Assembly (NCBI GenBank): GCA_964016885.1
Contig: OZ024741.1
Span: 411,742,001 to 411,806,000 of the forward strand
DNA: 64,000 nucleotides
Reading direction: 5' to 3'
Origin: Eledone cirrhosa
Taxonomy: Eukaryota
Shown: in pieces, positions 63,901 to 64,000 of the stretch
Layout of the letters: every line of letters starts with the position of its first letter
Numbering within the stretch: position 1 is the stretch's first letter
Translations under genes and position numbers: made by a program
Notes under the pieces: model-generated
Told to the model about the DNA's origin: nothing
Database searches by the model: none
The model's input: the letters and a program-made list of their open reading frames with translations, nothing else

Positions 63901-64000
63901 GTAATGTAGAGGGATGATGTCTGTTGTGTGAAGGGGAGGGGAGACTGAGCTGGTATAGACATGTAATGTAGAGGGATGATGTCTGTTGTGTGAAGGGGGG
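60953..64000. repeat. 62-bp minisatellite (~49 copies, runs off right edge), RTE-derived
   Basis: Unit GTGTGAAGGGGAGGGGAGACTGAGCTGGTATAGACATGTAATGTAGAGGGATGATGTCTGTT; explains the three ~1000-aa minus-strand ORFs. Confidence 0.97.

Noticed and set aside
60827-63962. Three ~1000-aa minus-strand ORFs
   Set aside because: The 62-bp unit happens to lack stops on that strand, so all three frames give the same rotating peptide; there is no gene structure.

Overview
AT-rich, repeat-dense animal genomic DNA; the SINE/RTE/microsatellite repertoire suggests a coleoid cephalopod such as Octopus (inference). Two spliced housekeeping genes lie head-to-head around a ~300-bp shared promoter region at ~24.7-25.0 kb. 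SLU7 (pre-mRNA splicing factor, minus strand) has five coding exons reconstructed with GT-AG borders and consistent phases, plus a probable non-coding exon 1, and continues past the left edge. NOA1 (mitochondrial circularly permuted GTPase, plus strand) has three coding exons and continues past the right edge. Nearly all other ORF-track entries are translations of tandem repeats or antisense LINE frames. The introns hold RTE-clade LINEs (one with an uninterrupted ~890-codon EN-RT-PHD ORF), a partner tRNA-derived SINE, TTAA/piggyBac-like MITEs, a deleted DD37D (maT) transposon, Tx1/L1, Ingi/Vingi and CR1/Jockey-group remnants, and about ten minisatellites, including a 22-kb 49-bp array with multi-kb internal duplications. 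Most notable: (1) a cluster of long inverted repeats in NOA1 intron 2 carrying minimal type-I hammerhead-ribozyme motifs (Penelope/retrozyme-like); (2) several minisatellites that visibly arose from short pieces of transposon sequence; (3) 2.7-kb inverted RTE copies bracketing one SLU7 exon; (4) an RTE insertion whose target duplication copied an SLU7 splice acceptor; (5) a reconstructable ~0.9-kb inversion. All calls are by eye, and repeat boundaries are approximate.
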